Of a stretch of 64,000 nucleotides of DNA, positions 1-12,213 are shown piece by piece. Where the stretch lies: the NCBI GenBank assembly GCA_964016885.1, contig OZ024740.1:249302001-249366000 (forward strand), written 5' to 3'. The DNA is from Eledone cirrhosa. Its lineage: Eukaryota. The notes beneath the pieces were generated by a model. The model searched no databases. It was not told the DNA's origin and was given only the letters and a program-made list of their open reading frames with translations. Position numbers and translations under genes: made by a program. The stretch's first letter is position 1; every line of letters starts with the position of its first letter.

Positions 1-43
1 ATATGTATATATATATATATGTGTATATATATATATGTATATG

Positions 44-93
<50 letters not shown>

Positions 94-222
94 TATGTAT
101 ATATATATATATAAATATATGTATATATATACATACATATATATATATATACATATATATATATACATATATATATACATATACATATATATATATATAT
201 ACATATACATATACATATATAT
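1..222. repeat. (AT)n/(AC)n microsatellite
   Basis: Near-pure AT dinucleotide run; the YIYI ORFs are artefacts of it. Confidence 0.97.
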
Positions 223-1559
223 AACTCCTATACGCAGATGATCTAACGCTCATAGCTGAATCAATGGCCGACCTAGAGAAGAAATTCCAAACATGGAAGC
301 ATGGCCTAGAATCAAAAAGGCTTAAAATTAACCTGGCTAAGACTAAAGTTCTAATTTGTAGGAAAGAAAATAAGGCGACGGTCCCTTCCGGGAAATGGCC
401 ATGCTCAGTGTGTAGGAAAGGAGTAGGTAGAAACTCCATTTTATGTCCCAAATGCAAAGTATGGGTGCATAAAAGATGTAGTGCGATCACAGGTAAGCTA
501 ACTAAGAACATAAATTTTACATGTGGCCGGTGCTCTGGTGCAATAAGTAGCAGCAAGTGCCCACAAAATACTAGCTCTTTCAATTGCGCAGAGGGTTCTA
601 TAGAAATAGTGGACAGCTTCCGCTACCTGGGTGACAAAATCAGCAGTGGGGGAGGGTGCTTTGAAAGTACAGTAGCTAGAGTCAGAACTGGATGGAAAAA
701 GTTCAGAGAGCTTATACCACTATTAGTCGCTAAAGGGTTTTCCCTAAAAATGAAAGGCAGGTTCTATGATGCCTGCATACGAACAGCAATGTTGCATGGC
801 AGTGAGACCTGGGCATTGTGTGCAGAGGATATACACAGACTAGAGAGGAACGAAGCTTGCATGCTCCGCTGGATGTGTAATAGTAACATACGTGAACGGC
901 AAAGCATAAGCGAACTAAGGAAAAAATTAGAAATAAGAGGGATCAGATGTTGTTTACTCGAGAGAAGGCTACGTTGGTATGGTCACGTGATGCGCATGAA
1001 AGACGACAGCTGTATAACAAAGTGCAGGGCAATAAAGATAGACGGTAGCTACGGAGTAGGCAGACCCAGAAAAACCTGGGACGAGCTGATAAATTCCGAC
1101 CTCACACACTTACACCTCTCCAAGACAATGTCACTGGACCGAGACCTTTGGCAGTAATAGAGAAGACCCGCCTTACCTAAATACAAAGTAAAACCTACTA
1201 CAGTCAGTAGGCATCTCTAAAATACACCCCCGTACCACCACCCCCACCCCATCCACACCGCCCCTTTCAATGTAAAGTTTTGTTGGTGCCACAACATCCA
1301 GGCCAAAACAAATGAGATCGTGTAGGTGTCACGACAAAAAAACACACAGTCCACGCTGTAATGTGGCCGTGTAGGCAACACGGTAAAAACCTCCCAGCCC
1401 CACACTGTAAATGTGGTTGGTGTTAGGAAGGGCATCCAGCTGTAGAAAACACGCCAGACAGTCCTATGCGAGCAAGACAATCACCCTTGCCTCAAGTGGG
1501 AAAACCCCCGTCCAAACCCATGCAATAGTGGAACACGGACGTTAAACGTTGATGATGAT
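223..1559 (+). mobile_element. 5'-truncated RTE-clade LINE (RT C-terminus + 3'UTR)
   Basis: LLYADDL at the start; ORF 264-1157 with the INLAKTK, FRYLG, LHGSETW, RRLRWYGHV and GRPRKTW motifs; 3' tail ...ggacgttaaacgttgatgatgat. Confidence 0.93.
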
Positions 1560-1569
1560 ACATATATAT

Positions 1570-1899
1570 AAGTATGTATACGTACATACATATATATATA
1601 CAGACGTACAGTAGTATGTATATATATATACATACATGCACACATATATATATGCACGTATGGATTCACCGAACATTTATTATAATGCTCGGTGTGTCTG
1701 TAAACAAACATCCCGTATTAAGCCGTAGTGTCTAGCAACCATCGTTGCTCGTTTGTTCAACACTGACAAAGGAACGCTGTACTAGTTTCAAGCTTATTAG
1801 CTATCGTCAGCAACGTATACCTTCCTGCCAGATGATTGAACGTCTGAAAGTATATACTTTCTTTATGCATATTAATGGCTGAGCAGCCTAATTTGCATA
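1570..1899 (-). mobile_element. Partial copy of the ~420-bp hammerhead-bearing repeat (same family as 45131-46375)
   Basis: Near-identical to 45191-45514. Confidence 0.85.
1774..1816 (-). ncRNA. Minimal type-I hammerhead ribozyme
   Basis: Minus strand: acgttg-CTGACGA-tagct aata agctt-GAAA-ctag-TA-cagcgt. Confidence 0.8.
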
Positions 1900-2413
1900 T
1901 ACATGGACATGTAGTCTATAAATTGCGTTTCCTGGATTGTGAGAGTGTACGAGGACAGTGGTGCTCTTTTGCTTCTCATTTGTAATATTTTTGATATTTT
2001 TGGTGTTTCTCCACACACGGGCTTCTATATCGTACAGGTGTGTGAATAATGCTTTACAAGTACAGCCCCCATGATGCTCTTGATTGCCTGCTTTGACTGC
2101 TTGTTTTACTTGTAATAATCTGCCACACCATAATCTTGTATAAATAGGACACGCGTGCATGCCACACGTGTGACTGTTGCATACACTGGCTACTCCAAAC
2201 TATCCTCCTGCTTTATCTTAGTAGTCTGCCAATGTTTTATTTTAATTTAAAATTTTAATTTTATCCTTTAATATGACTGTAATCTTTGTATGTAAATTAC
2301 CATGCTATATTATTATAATGGATGTCAACCCACTGTGGGTCAATATATACATATGTTTCTATATGTCTCTTGTGTTGAAAAGGAGGTCAAGTATGTTAAA
2401 AATCACTGAATAA

Positions 2414-2462
2414 TTGCTCCGAAGACTCCAAACCTCGGTTTGGAAGAAATAATTGTAAGCAA
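2414..2462 (+). ncRNA. Hammerhead ribozyme-like motif (core variant CCGAAGA)
   Basis: ttgct-CCGAAGA-c tccaaacc tc ggtttgga a-GAAA-taattg-TA-agcaa; stems I and II pair. Confidence 0.65.
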
Positions 2463-2661
2463 ATAAATGATTTAAACAGAACTTTGTTTCATGTAATCTC
2501 TATATAACTGCTCTGTAAAACAACTGATGTTGTTACATTGAGCTATTTATCTTACTGGTAATAAGATAGTAATAAATTACTGTCTTTCACTATTTAGGGT
2601 ATAAAATATATATAACTATAAAAGGTTTTAGTATATACATAACCATAGATAGTATCCTTAA

Positions 2662-3067
<406 letters not shown>

Positions 3068-3147
3068 TTTTTGTGCCTCTCCTTTGTTCTGTCCGACACA
3101 CACAGAAACAAAATGGCGTAGGACAGAACAAAGGAGAGGCACAAAAA
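3068..3147. repeat. 27-bp perfect inverted repeat next to a hammerhead motif
   Basis: tttttgtgcctctcctttgttctgtcc (3068-3094) / ggacagaacaaaggagaggcacaaaaa (3121-3147). Confidence 0.9.
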
Positions 3148-3165
3148 CAAAAAAAAGAATCCCCA

Positions 3166-3208
3166 GTCACTGAAGAGGTCAAGGAATGTGTGACGAAAGA
3201 ACTTTGAC
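3166..3208 (+). ncRNA. Minimal type-I hammerhead ribozyme-like motif
   Basis: gtca-CTGAAGA-g gtca aggaatgtg tgac-GAAA-gaac-TT-tgac. Confidence 0.65.
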
Positions 3209-3356
3209 AATATATAAACAACCATCTGGTTGTGGAACCAACCAACCAACCGGAAATTCATAAATTCCTAAATTTATAAATTTATTTTAATAAATTGAAG
3301 TGAAAGCAACTGGTGCGTGTGTTTCTTATTGGCAACATGACCCTATATAATATATA

Positions 3357-3387
<31 letters not shown>

Positions 3388-3439
3388 AAATATATATATA
3401 TATATAGTATATTTCTAACAATAAATACTTCATAAGATT

Positions 3440-3557
3440 TACATACTATATATGTTGACAATGAGTATCTCCGGTAAAGCTTACATTTAGACAAACATTC
3501 GACAGTGTAAACTATATTTTCCGCTGGCCAGCTAATTCCTTTAAAAGTTATCTTCAT
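3440..3557 (-). pseudogene. Possible degenerate GIY-YIG endonuclease fragment (Penelope-like)
   Basis: NIVYTVECLSKCKLY then GDT after a frameshift, resembling the GIY..YIG motif of PLE endonucleases. Confidence 0.35.
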
Positions 3558-3633
3558 AAAATTCCGAAGTTTAGAAATGTTAAAACACTTATTGAATTTA
3601 CAAAACTAATAAATAACCTGAAATTTAAGAGGG

Positions 3634-3664
<31 letters not shown>

Positions 3665-4003
3665 AAATTCTTGATTCTTCACCCTAAAATAGCATAAATT
3701 AAATATTTTCAAACTTAACCGTTTAACTTTCTGAAAATCTCCTACATATATTCCCTCTTTCTATATATATTATCTCTTTGGCTCTCATTGACCGCTTTCC
3801 CTGATAAATTGTAGTATCATACATTTTAAAATCTCTATAATAGTTACATTAAGCAAGTAATTTTTAATCACACATTCTCTATTGAATTTATTACGTTTTC
3901 GCATTTTCTCATTATTAGGGTCTAAATGTTAAACTTTCTCTTAGGTTAATCACTACCTTGATTAAATCTTAACCATTTAACATCTCAGAGTATGTCATGT
4001 ATC

Positions 4004-4066
4004 ATTATATTTTGTCTGATGAGGATGTACTGTTGTACATCTGAAATATGTATAATAAAATGTAAT
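4004..4066 (+). ncRNA. Minimal type-I hammerhead ribozyme
   Basis: attatattttgt-CTGATGA-ggatgtac tgtt gtacatct-GAAA-tatgta-TA-ataaaatgtaat; 12-bp stem I and 8-bp stem II. Confidence 0.85.
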
Positions 4067-4167
4067 TGATAAAAAGAACATCTATTTTATTAATATTTGT
4101 ATTTTAATATTAATGACTCTGGAAAATTATTTTCCATAGAGTGCTTCCAATCTACTGTAAAACTCAC

Positions 4168-5810
4168 CCATGCTTTGTCATTCACGCACATTGACATTGC
4201 ACACCCAACGGAGCATGTTTGCCTCATTTCTCTGCAGCCGCCGCATATCCTGTGCAGTTGCTGCCCATGTCTCACTACCATGCAGCATCGCACTCCTCAC
4301 ACAAGCATCATATAACCGCAAGGAGAAACCCTTCTTTGTCAACAGAGGAAGCAGCTTCCTAAACTTCTTCCAACCCGTCCTTATTCTAGATACTAAGGCA
4401 CGGAACACCCCCCCCCCCTCCCATGCTAATCTGATCACCTAGGTACCGGAAGCTATCAACCACTTCTATAAAACCTACCATCATTTGAAAAATGTGTCTA
4501 TCAATGCGACTTCTACTGTCTAATTTCCAAGTTCATCTACTGCATACGTATTTTTCCCTACCTGTTAGTTTGCCCGCTATCCCACTACATCTCTTGTGTA
4601 CCCAAGATCTGCATTGTGTGCATTTTATAGAATTTATGCCAGTTCCTTTTCTGCATATCGAATCATGGCCATTTCCCTGACGGAATCAGAGTTTTGTCCT
4701 CTTTTCTACTCATCAACACTTTTGTCTTAGCTAGGTTCACTCTCACTCCTCTTAATTCGAACTGCTGTTTCCATAACCAGAATTTATTCTCTAGTTCCTC
4801 TACTGATTCTGCTATAAGAACCAGATCGTCAGCATAGAGAAGTTCCCATGGACAGCCAGTCTTAAACTCCTCTGTTATGGCTTGGAGGACTATAATGAAC
4901 AAGAGCAGGCTGAGGACCGAACTCTATTCCTACCCTCACTTTACTGACAGCTTCTCTACATAGCTTGCACTGTCCTCACAAGCCATTCCTCAACACCTAG
5001 TCTCCTTAGGCACAACCAGATGACAGATTGGGGTACCGTACCATAGGCATTCTCTATATCAACAAAAGCTAAGTATAGTGCCTTATCCTTCTCTAAGAAC
5101 CTCTCTTGTAGTTGTCTGACTAAGAAGGGGGCATCTTTTGTACTTTTCCCAGGCACAAAACCAAACTGCATGTCATCTCGCTTGACCCTTTCTCTAATTA
5201 GTTGTGCTAATATCCTTTCTGCCACTTTCATAACCTGATCCATCAGTTTTATACCCCTATAATTGCTCCTCTCCAGAGCATCCCCTTTACCTTTGTAGCA
5301 ATTTATGAAAATACTGCTGCACCAGTCTTTGGGTATGACCATGTGTGCAACCAGTTTAGTACCTACTTCTCCTGATGCCTTCAGCAGCTCAGCAACTATG
5401 CCTGACGGCCCAGCAGCCTTGCCATTTTTCATTTCCTTAATGGGGGGGGGGGGGGGCATACCCCAGGGTATGCCTTAATATTCATAACCATCTGTCTGTC
5501 TCATTGCCTAACTAGTAGGAAGTCAAACTGGCTTATGTGCTCGCCTGATTGGCAGTTTTCCTGAAGTTAATGTTGCAAATGGTTAGTTCACTTGCTTCAT
5601 AAAATTCAAGAAGCCTCACTCGTTCGATTCTTAAGCCATAACCATAACCATTATGTACCCCAGTGTATCCATCCTGGAGCTGTCCAACGTGACCACTGAA
5701 GTCACCTGCTAGTATGACTAGGTCTCTGTCCTCTGTCTCTATGGTTGTCTCTAGAAGTTGCTCGTAAAAGGAGTCCTCTTCTATACCTAGGCCCGCTATA
5801 TATGATTGTC
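4168..5810 (-). mobile_element. Degenerate RTE LINE (family B, similar to the 48-50 kb copy) with internal deletions
   Basis: EN fragment (LAGDFSGHVG), RT fragments (KAAGPSG, NYRGIKL, QFGF, LLYADDL, LHGSETW) with frameshifts. Confidence 0.9.
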
Positions 5811-5811
5811 T

Positions 5812-6598
5812 TTCAACATCGATTTTCCACACTAGCATGGGTTAGACGAGTTATCACATTAGAAGCATGTTGGGTCAGGTAACCATGTCTTACTCATATG
5901 ACTGTTTCTGGCCAAATTTCTACGACCGGATGCCCTTCCTAATGCCAACCACATTTACAGTGTGCTGGGTGCTTTTTGTCGTATCTCCTACATGACCATT
6001 TTATAGTATGGGCTGGTTGCTTTTAGTCGTAACACCTACACGACCACTTTATAGTGTGGGCCGAGTGCTTTTTGTTGATACCTGCACGACCACTTTACAG
6101 CGTGGGCTAGATGTTTTTGTGATAACAACAAAACTTTACAGTGTAAGGGTGGTGTGGACAGAAGTTGGAGGGGGTGGGGTGTATGGAAGGGTGTATAGTG
6201 GAACAAGTGGTTAAGAGGTGACTACTGGAAGTACGTTCGAGTCCATGCGCAAGAGAAGTTGGGTCTTCTGTATTAGTGCGTAACACCAAAGATCTCAATC
6301 CTGTGTCATTGTCTTTTATCACCTCGTCTACCTACTCCATCAATTTCAATTACCCTGCACCTTTTTATACAATTGTCGTTCTTCATATGCATTACATGAC
6401 CATACCAACACAATCTTCTCTCTAGTATACTTCCTCTTATGCCTAATTTCACACTTAGTTCATTTATGCTTTGCCATTCGTGTATATTACTATTACCCAT
6501 CCATCAGAGCATGCATGTTTCATTTCTTTCCAATCTTCAAAGGTCCTCTGTGCACAGTGCCTAGGTCTCACTACCATGTAACATTGCTGTTTGTATAA
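5812..6598 (-). mobile_element. RTE LINE 3' fragment with 3'UTR
   Basis: ERRLCWYGHV fragment; reverse-complement tail motifs ttaggaagggcatcc and cccatgctagtgtggaaaa. Confidence 0.85.
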
Positions 6599-7671
6599 GT
6601 AGGAACTCCACCCTCTGCCCCAAATGCAAACAATGGGTACACAAGATATGTAGTGGGACTCAGGAAGCTTAACTAAGAATGTAGGTTTCATATGCAGCAG
6701 CTGCGCTGGGACAGCAGACAGCTTAAAGGCCACAGGAAACAAGCACCACCAAACTCTAGGAGAGCTCTGTAAAAACAGTAGACAGCTTCTGCTACCTAAG
6801 TGACCGAATTATCAGCGGTGGTGGGTGTTCAGCAAGTACAATAACTAGGGTAAGAACGGAATGGAAGAAATTCAGGGAACTACTGCCACTGCTAGCTGCA
6901 AAAGGCTTTTCCCTCAAAATAAAAGGCAGACTGTATGATGCGTGTATACGAACAGCAATGTTATATGGTGGTGAGACCTGGGCGCTATCTGCAGAAGACT
7001 TGCGTAGATTAGAAAGAAACGAAGCTTGCATGCTCCTATGCATGTGTAATAGTAATATACGCGAACGGCAAAGCATAAACGAGTTGAGAGAGACTGAGCA
7101 TAAGAGGAATCAAATGCTGTGTGCAGGAGAGGTTGGTTGCGTTGGTATGGACATGTGATGCGTATGAAGGATGACAGCTGCATAAAAAGGTGCAGGTCAG
7201 TAGAAGTCGATGGAAGCCGTGGAGTGGGGATACCCAAGACCTAGGATGTGATAAAAGCCGACCTTACCCAATTGCACCTCTCAAGGGCGATGACACACGA
7301 CCGACGACCATGACGTCACGCAGAAATACAGAAGACCCGACTTCGCACGGGTACAAGCCGAAGCTCAAGCATATAGACAACATGCCCCCATCCCCTCCCA
7401 CTGTAAAGTGGTCGTGGAAGAGCCATGGCAAAAAAGCACCCAGCCCACACTGTAAAGTGGACGTGTAGGCGCCACAGAAAACAAGCAGCCAGCACTCACT
7501 GTAAATGAGATTGGTGTTAGGCTGGGCATCCAGCTGTAGAAATCAAGCCAGAATCGGTTCCCGTATGAGCAAGAGAAGGTCAGCCGACTAGACAGTGCCC
7601 ACAACAGGACAACCCGTCTAACCCATGCTAGCGTGGAAGAACGGACGTAAAACGGTGATGATGATGATGAT
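6599..7671 (+). mobile_element. RTE LINE 3' fragment with 3'UTR and (GAT)n tail
   Basis: RVRTEWKKFRELLPLL and LYGGETW fragments; tail ggacgtaaaacggtgatgatgatgatgat. Confidence 0.88.
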
Positions 7672-7674
7672 ACA

Positions 7675-7828
7675 AACATTGTACAATTTGCCTTTCATTT
7701 TTAGGGAAAAACCTTTTGTAGCTAACAGCGGTATTAGCTCTCTGAACTTTTGCCATCCCGTTCTTACTCTGGCTTCTGTACTTTCAGAACACCCTTCTAC
7801 ACTGCTGATTCATCACCCAGGTAACGGG
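7675..7828 (-). mobile_element. Short RTE RT fragment
   Basis: Reverse complement encodes RVRTGWQKFRELIPLL-like sequence. Confidence 0.75.
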
Positions 7829-7849
7829 AGTTGTTCCATTTGAGGAAAG

Positions 7850-10800
7850 GTTGGTCGGGTGACCGTGTCTCGCTCATATAGGACTATCTGGCAGGTTTTC
7901 TATGGCTGGATGCCCTTCCTAACACCAACCACATTTACAGTGTGGAACTGGGAGCCATGTTACCTACACGGCTACATTACAGCGTGGACTGTGTTTTTTT
8001 GTCGTGATACCTACATGATCTCGATCTCATCTTATTTATTTGGACTGGACGTTGTGGTACCAACTTTACAGAGAGAGTGATGTTGGTGGAAGTGGGAGGA
8101 TAGGGTAGGGGTAGTGGATTGGGGTGTATATTTGGTTAAGCGGTGCCTACTGACTGTAGGTTTCGCCTTGTACATAGGCAAGGCGGGTCTTCTGTATTAC
8201 TGTGTAACGCCAAAGATCTCGGTCCAATGACATTGTCTTAGAGAGGTGCAAGTGTGTAAGGTCAGAATTTATCAGATCGTCCCAGGTTTTTCTGGATCTA
8301 CCTACTCCGTAACTACCATCAATTTTGATCACACTGCACTTTTTTATACAGCTGTCGTCTTTCATGCGCATCACGTGGCCAAACCAACGTAGTCTTCTCT
8401 CAAGTAAACAGCATCTGATCCTTCTTATTCCTAATTTCTCACTTAGTTCATTTATGCTTTGCCGTTCACGTATATTACTATTACACATCCAACGGAGCAT
8501 GCATGCTTCGTTCCTTTTCAGTCTGAGCAGGTCCTCTGCACTAAATGCCCGTGTCTCACTGCCATGTAGCATTGCTGTTCGTATACAGGCATCATACACT
8601 CTGCCTTTCATTTTCAGAGAGGAACCTTTTGTGGCCAACAATGGTATAAGCTCTCTGAACTTTTTCAATCCCATTCTGACTCTGGCTACTGTACTTTCAG
8701 AACACCCTCCACCACTGCTGATTTTGTCACCCAGGTAACGGAAAGTGTCCACTATTTCTATAGAACCATCTGAGCAATAGAAGGAGCTAGTATCCTGTGG
8801 ACACTTCCTAATTATTGCTGCTACTTATTGCACCAGAGCATCGGCCACATATAAAGTCTACGTTCTTAGATAGTTTACCTGTGATCCCACTACATCTTTT
8901 ATGTACCCATACTTTGCATTTGGGACATAAAATGGAATTTCTACCTACACCTTTCCTACACACTGAGCATGGCCATTTCCCTGAGGGCACCTGTGCCCTA
9001 TTTTCCTTTCTACAAACTAGAACTTTAGTCTTAGACAACTTTAAGGCCTTTTGATTCTAGGCCATGCTTCCATGTTTGGAATTTCTTCTCTAGTTCAGTC
9101 ATTGATTCAGCTATGAGCGTTAGATTATCTGCGTATAGGAGATCCCATGTTATATGAAGGGCAATAATAAATAAGATGGGGCTAAGGACAGAGCCTTGAT
9201 GAACACCAACTTTTACACTAAATTCTTCACAATATTCATTGTTAATTCTAACCTTACTGACTGTTTCTTTATACATAGATTGTATAGCTCTCACAAGCCA
9301 TTCATCTACACCTAGTTTTCTAAGAGCCCATCAGATAATGGAGCAGGGGACTCTGTCAAAGGCTTTCTCCAGGTCTACAAAAGCTAAGTAGAGGGGTTTA
9401 CTTTTAGCTAGGTACTTCTCCTCTAGTTGTCGTACAAGGAAAAGAGCGTCTGTGGTACTTCTCTAGTTGTCGTATAAGGAAAAGAGCGTCTGGTGGTACT
9501 TTTACCTGACACAAACCCAAACTGCATTTCATCTAGATCAATTCGCTCTCTGATTAGTTGCACTATAACTCTTTCTGTGACCTTCATGACCTGGTCAACT
9601 AACTTAATGCCTCTATAGTTTCCCCTATCTAGAGCATCCCCTTTACCCTTGTAGCAGTTAATGATGCTGCTGCTACGCCAGTCTTTTGGTATGACCCCAT
9701 TCTGTATTACTTGGTTAACTATGGTATGTCCCACCATTCCAGATGCCTTCAACATCTCAGCAACTATCTCTGAAGGCCCAGCTGCCTTGCCTGTCTTCAT
9801 ATCTTTGATTGCCTTACTTATTATACTATCTTTAACTTGCACCGCTGGTCCTTCTATTGGATCGATTTGGGGCAGACTATCTTTTTCTCATTTATTCTCC
9901 TCATTTAATAGTGTCTCGTAGTGACACTTCCAGGCTATCTTCTTATCAGTATCAGTGAGGGCAAGTACACCATCATCATTACGGACACACTTCTCCCCGA
10001 CAATAACACGGTTTTCGTTGACAATCGTATAGCAATCCTGAACACCTCACGTTGTAGAACATGCTTGAACTTTCAATCCTCTGCTTCCCTTTTTGCAAGG
10101 TACACTTGTCTCCTAGCTTCTTTCCTGGCCACTTGAAAGTGCTCTACTTCCCCCATCCTGCCATACTTTCCAAGCCTGCTTTTTGGCCTTAATTATCTCC
10201 TCCACCTTACTCTTCCACCACCAAATTACTCTCCTCCTGCCAATAGGTCTGCTCCAGCCACAGATTTCATCCGTTGCTTTCAGCAGGTTCACTTTCAAGA
10301 ATTGCCACTGTTCCTCTATATTGCACGTCTCTAATTGCACTTCCTTATTGTCAAAGGCATCAAGTAATAAGCTTTTAAATTTGTCACTGGCTATGGGGTC
10401 CTTCAACTTCCATATTCTTCTCAAGGTAGGCCTCCTCTGTCGTCGAGTACGTCTATTCCTGACGATGAGGTCACTAACTACTAGGCTATGTTGGGAGGTG
10501 CATTCTTCACAGGGGAGGGATTTAGTGTTTACAACAGACACTTTGTCCCGTCTTCTAGTAAGGATATAATCTATCTGGCTGGCGTGTTCCCCTGATCTAT
10601 AGGTGATCAAGTGGTTTTCTCGTTTTTTGAAGTTTGTGTTACAGATAGTTAGGTTATTAGCGTCACAGAATTCCAGGATTCTGAAGCCCTCCTCATTTCT
10701 ATTCCCACCCCATAGCCTCCATGGATTCCATCATAGCCATCACTATGTTGTCTAACGTGACCGGTATGTTGTCCAACGTGGGAGGTAGTGTGCATTAGCA

Positions 10801-11340
10801 TCTCAATAGAACCTGTCCTTTATAACGTTAGGTAGACCAGATTGGGGTGCATAAGTGGATATTATTGTCACAGTAGTTCTATTTAGGACAAGTCTTATTT
10901 TAATTATTCTGTCATTCATTCTATTTACGTTAATTACCCATTTTTCAGCTAACATACTTCCTACACCACCCAGTCCGTTGTCATTTCCCACCCAGAAAAG
11001 TTTATAGCATCGTTTTTTACCCACGATGAATCTGGCAGACCCACCTCTCCACCTAGTCTCTTGAACAAACATCAACTTCTTTACGTTCAAGTATCTCTAC
11101 AACCTCATTTGAGCAACCTTTTAATGTGCCTACATTCATGGTACCAACTCTGAAGTTGGGAGGGTGGGATGGATGAGTTGGAGGGGCAGGGAGGGGTGTG
11201 GGAGACGGAATTATGTTGGTCATCCATGTCTAAAATAAAAAGGGGTCCTTGTATTCTCGTCCTGCAGCGGGAGGTGAATTTATCTTTATCTGTGACATTG
11301 TCATTGAGTGCTTAGACTTTCCAAATTCCGCAGTCCACCT
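7850..11340 (-). mobile_element. Near full-length RTE LINE (family A): APE endonuclease + RT, multiple frameshifts
   Basis: ORF pieces 10803-11090 (QETRW, YAPQ), 10113-10610 (QIDYIL, SQHSLV), 9423-9842, 9031-9294 (QGSVLSP, LLYAD), 8808-9038 (Cys finger), 8147-8752. Confidence 0.93.
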
Positions 11341-11502
11341 ATCAAACAGGTCTAAACTTAAGGAGCAGTAACCGAGGTGGTAGCTTTGCTATACTGATTT
11401 GTTAGAGAACTTACTATAAGCTGCTGAGTTATGTTTGGACCATATAGCAATGGTGGTGTGTAGGGGGTGGGAGGGCAGGAAATGGGTAACTTTAGGAGAA
11501 GA

Positions 11503-12213
11503 TTAGTTTTTAGGAAGGGTCCAACAGAATGTGACATATTATTAAAAACATGTAAAATACTAATTGAAAATTCCGAGAGAAAAACGGAGAATTTGAATTC
11601 TAGACTGGCATAAATAGAAGTTTAAAACTCGGCTTATTGAGTCGACGACGGGTAAAAGGAAAGACAAGTATTTTGCTTACATTCTCAAAATCGACAGATC
11701 GTCCGTAACATAGATTAGATAGATAGATAAATTCTGTCCTTGGGAACCCAGCAAGGTTTATTTTATACTTGTGATCAGGGGGGGGGGGGGGGGGGTGAGA
11801 GAAGGACCAAAGTGTTTACAAAGTTAGCGAGCGAGATGCAGGAAGGTTCTAGAATAATTAATTAATAATAATAATTGTTTCTACTTTTGGCACAAGGCCA
11901 GCAATTACCCAGTGCATTACTGGTACTTTATTTTATCGACCCCGTAAGGATGAAAGGCAAAGTTAACCTCGGCGGGATTTGAACTCAGAATGGCAAACAC
12001 CGTAACTCTATGGTGTTTGCCATTCTGAGTTCAAATCCCGCCGAGGTTAACTTCTTATTATTAATAATAATAATACTACTAGAAGGTTAGTTTTTAGGAA
12101 GGGTCCAACAGAATGAGACATATTATTAAAAATATGTAAAATATTAATTGAAAATCCGAGAGAAAAACTGGCATAAATAGAAGTTTAAAACTCTGCTTAT
12201 TGAGTCGACTACG
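11503..12213. repeat. Direct repeat pair (~130-150 bp): 11503-11650 and 12087-12213
   Basis: Shared ttagtttttaggaagggtccaacagaatg...cttattgagtcgac; the second copy has a small deletion. Confidence 0.85.
11871..12053 (-). mobile_element. tRNA-derived SINE, 5'-truncated, with a 42-bp fold-back
   Basis: Same family as 46877-47060; inverted arms 11960-12001 and 12012-12053 contain the B-box gttcaaatcc. Confidence 0.88.

Noticed and set aside
3-241. YIYI-rich ORFs (also 2590-3142, 44420-45157, 50969-52044)
   Set aside because: Translations of (AT)n/(AC)n microsatellites, not genes.
11150-11500. HDV-like ribozyme in the RTE 5'UTR
   Set aside because: Known for some RTEs, but I could not trace the nested pseudoknot by eye; needs a descriptor search.
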